Shown here one piece after another: positions 36,188 to 38,919 of a DNA stretch of 38,919 bases. The notes below the pieces were generated by a model. That model had not been told where the DNA came from. It was given only the letters and a program-made list of their open reading frames with translations, and ran no database searches. This stretch comes from Mobula hypostoma (lineage: Eukaryota). Where the stretch lies: positions 2,567,082 through 2,606,000 of the forward strand of contig NC_086109.1 of NCBI RefSeq assembly GCF_963921235.1, read 5' to 3'. Within the stretch, counting starts at the first letter, position 1; each line of letters starts with the position of its first letter. Position numbers and translations under genes: made by a program.

Positions 36188-36699
36188 AAGAAAGCTGTGA
36201 ATTACAGTAACTATATATATGTAGTGTTCATGGGTTCAATGTCCATTTAGATAGTTGGATAGAAGCTGTTCCTGAATCATTGAGTGTGTGCCTTCAGGCT
36301 CCTGTACCTCCTCCTTAATGGCAGCAATGAGAAGAAGGCATGTTCTGGGTAATGGGTTTCCTAATGATGGATGCCAACTTTTTGAGCCATCGCTCCTTGA
36401 AGATATCCTGGATACAATGGAGACTAGTGCTTAAGACGGAGCTGACCAAGGTTTTCAACTCTCTGCAGTTTATTTTAATCCTGTGCCATAGCCCCCACAC
36501 CCACATACCAGATGATGATGCAGCCAGTAGGAATACTCTCCACGGTACTCCTGTGGAAACTTGCGTCCTTCATCTTGCCCTGTATGAAGTCTGCAATCAG
36601 TCCTGAATGTGTGTTTGAAATGGTTGGAAAGAGTCCATCCTCACCCTTCCATAACCCCTGTGGTATGTCCCAGGTTTCATTGATGGATCTCCTCTGGAG

Positions 36700-37345
36700 G
36701 TCTAGTGAGTGTGTGGAGGTGCTGTTAGACAGGAAGAGTATTCCTTCAGCTCACACAACATGGCATTGATAAGGAGCGGGGAGGTTATGCTGCACCTGTA
36801 CAGGGTACCGGTGAGGCCGCACCTGGAGTACTTCTTGCAGTTCTGGTGTCCATATTTGAGGAAGGATATACTGGCTTTGCAGAGGAGGTTCACCAAGTTG
36901 ATTCCAGAGATGAGAGGGTTAGATTATGAGGAGAGATTGGGTTGCCAGGGACTGTCCTCACTGGAATTCAGAAGGATCAAAGGCGATCTTACAGGAACTT
37001 ATGAAAGGGATAGATCAACTCTAGGCAGGAAAGCTGTTTCCACTGGTAGGTGAGACAAGAATGAGGGGACGTAGCCTCAACGTTCGAGGGGGTAAATTTA
37101 GGCCAGAGATGAGGAGGAACTGCTTTTCTCAAAGACTGGTGGATCTGTGGAATTCATTGCCCAATGAAGCAGTGGAGGGTACCTCATTAAAAATATTTAA
37201 GACAAGGTTGGATAGAGTTTTGCATAATAGAGGAATTACGAATTATGGGGAAAAGGTAGGTAGGTGGAGATGAGTCCATGGTCAGGTCAGCCAAGGTCTT
37301 ATTCAGTGGCAGAGCAGGCTTGACGGGCCAGATGGCCTACTCCTG
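36700..37345 (+). mobile_element. CR1 3' fragment
   Basis: LYRVPVRPHLEYFLQFWCPYLRKDILALQRRFTKLIPEM, followed by the CR1 3' UTR. Confidence 0.85.
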
Positions 37346-37999
37346 GTTCTATTTCTTATGAAGTGGAAATGAGCATGAGAGATGTCTAACAGGAAATGTG
37401 GTGTAGGATCCTCTAACAATATGTAGAAGGGAAAGGAATGATGCCAGTGTCTGACAGACAGGCTGAGACAGGGAAAATTATTTTAGTTTAAGGAACTAGC
37501 AGCGAAACTAAACTGAACTCTCTTCAGTTCCACCTTCACTGAAATAAAAACATAACATATTGGCAATAGTCAGCATTTTTTGTTTTTATTTTAGATTTCC
37601 AGGATCTGATGTTTCTAAATTTCTGCCCCATTTCTACTGGCTGTGGCAAACAAACAGTTTCTTGGAACTCAGAGAGAAGTTGAAAGTGTGTTTGCACTGG
37701 GGTTTGTATCGTGTCACTCTGCATATCTCAGTATGAGTTGCTGGGTGGTTTACAGTGACACCAGGACATTGCGTTCCAACACCTTTATTCTGTAAGTCAT
37801 TTTCTGCTTGGTTAACCCACAGCTACCTCCGGACTGGAAAATGCACTGCAGCTGGTCACTGCACGTGTCAGTTGTCACATTTTAATTACCGACTAAACAC
37901 CAGACGAAGAAAACCAGTCATCTGAATTGTACCAAAGATAACCCAGTAACCAGAGTTTTATTTATTTTATTTTATTTTATTGAGATACAGCATCAAATA

Positions 38000-38240
38000 G
38001 GCCCTTCTGGCCCTTCAAGCCTCAATGCACAGTAACCCACTAATTTCACCCTAGCCGACTCACAGGACAGTTTACAATGAGCCATTAACCTACCAGCCAG
38101 TACGTTGTTGGAATCTGGGAGGACACCAGAGCACCTGGAGGAAATGTACACAGTCACAGTGAGAACATACAAACTCCTTGCAGGCTGCACAGGGAATTGA
38201 ACCTGGGTCGACTGTACTGTAAAGTGTTGTACTAAACGCT
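38000..38240 (-). mobile_element. V-SINE/HE1-like element
   Basis: gggaggacaccagagcacctggaggaa...gagaacatacaaactcc...gggaattgaacctgggtcg. Confidence 0.7.
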
Positions 38241-38399
38241 GCACAACTATTCCACCTTTGGTGGATCCAACTCAACAATTCAAGGTTCTTTCTCTTCACC
38301 ATCTGATTCCAGAATGATCCACGTGCCCATGGACCATATCTCAATACTTTCTGTTCTCCATCTTTGTCTAGTCCTTTAATTTGTAGATTTCAATGTCTT

Positions 38400-38900
38400 C
38401 TGTACTATACTTCCAGAACAAAGCAACAGATTTCACACAGTATCTTAGTGATAATAGATCAGTTTCAGGTTGTGCCACTCGTTGGAAACATTACAGCCTG
38501 GTATGAAAACCCCAGTGCCCAGCAATGGAAATGTCTACAGGAACTGCTGGACACAGCCCAGTCCGTCACAGGCAAAGCGCTCCACATCTTTGATCGCATT
38601 TACAAGGAGCACTGCCACGAGAAAGCAGCAGCCACCATCAAGGACCCCTGCTATCGGGGCCATGCTCTCTTCTTGCTGTCACCATCAGGAAAAAGGTGCA
38701 GGAGCCTTAGGTCCCAGAGTCCTGGGTTCAGAAACAGTTATCTTTCAACCATCCGGCTCCTGCCCGATGTGGATAACTACTCACCTCAATTCTGAACTGA
38801 CTCCACAACCTATGGGCTCAATTTCAAGGACTCTGCAACTTGTCTTCTCAGTATTGTTTATCTATCTATCTACATATTTATTGTTTTTATTATTTATTTG
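38400..38900 (+). mobile_element. Rex1/Babar-like 3' fragment
   Basis: ITAWYENPSAQQWKCLQELLDTAQSVTG...LLSPSGKRCRSLRS...FRNSY. Confidence 0.7.
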
Positions 38901-38919
38901 CGCAAATTGTCTTTTGCTT

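Overview
Eukaryotic, repeat-rich DNA. The repeat content (CR1, Rex1/Babar, Penelope-like, V-SINE) suggests a cartilaginous fish, probably a ray; this is inference. One host gene can be reconstructed on the + strand: a CD2/SLAM-like immune receptor. Its exons are IgV 2722-3042, TM 19451-19591, cytoplasmic 19965-20050 and a last coding exon 23394-23597 with TIYATV/TIYAQA ITSM-type motifs. It needs a GC-AG intron, and I could not find a leader or IgC2 exon. The rest is nested mobile DNA: a decayed near-full-length CR1, Rex1/Babar fragments, a 4.3 kb L1/Tx1-like LINE with TSD, a 1.46 kb solo LTR with a 5-bp TSD, hAT relics and SINEs. There is also an RPL35A processed pseudogene, an inverted G/C-rich minisatellite and an assembly gap. 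Several Penelope-derived elements carry minimal hammerhead-ribozyme motifs of two designs. All family assignments are by eye and from memory; no searches or folding were run.
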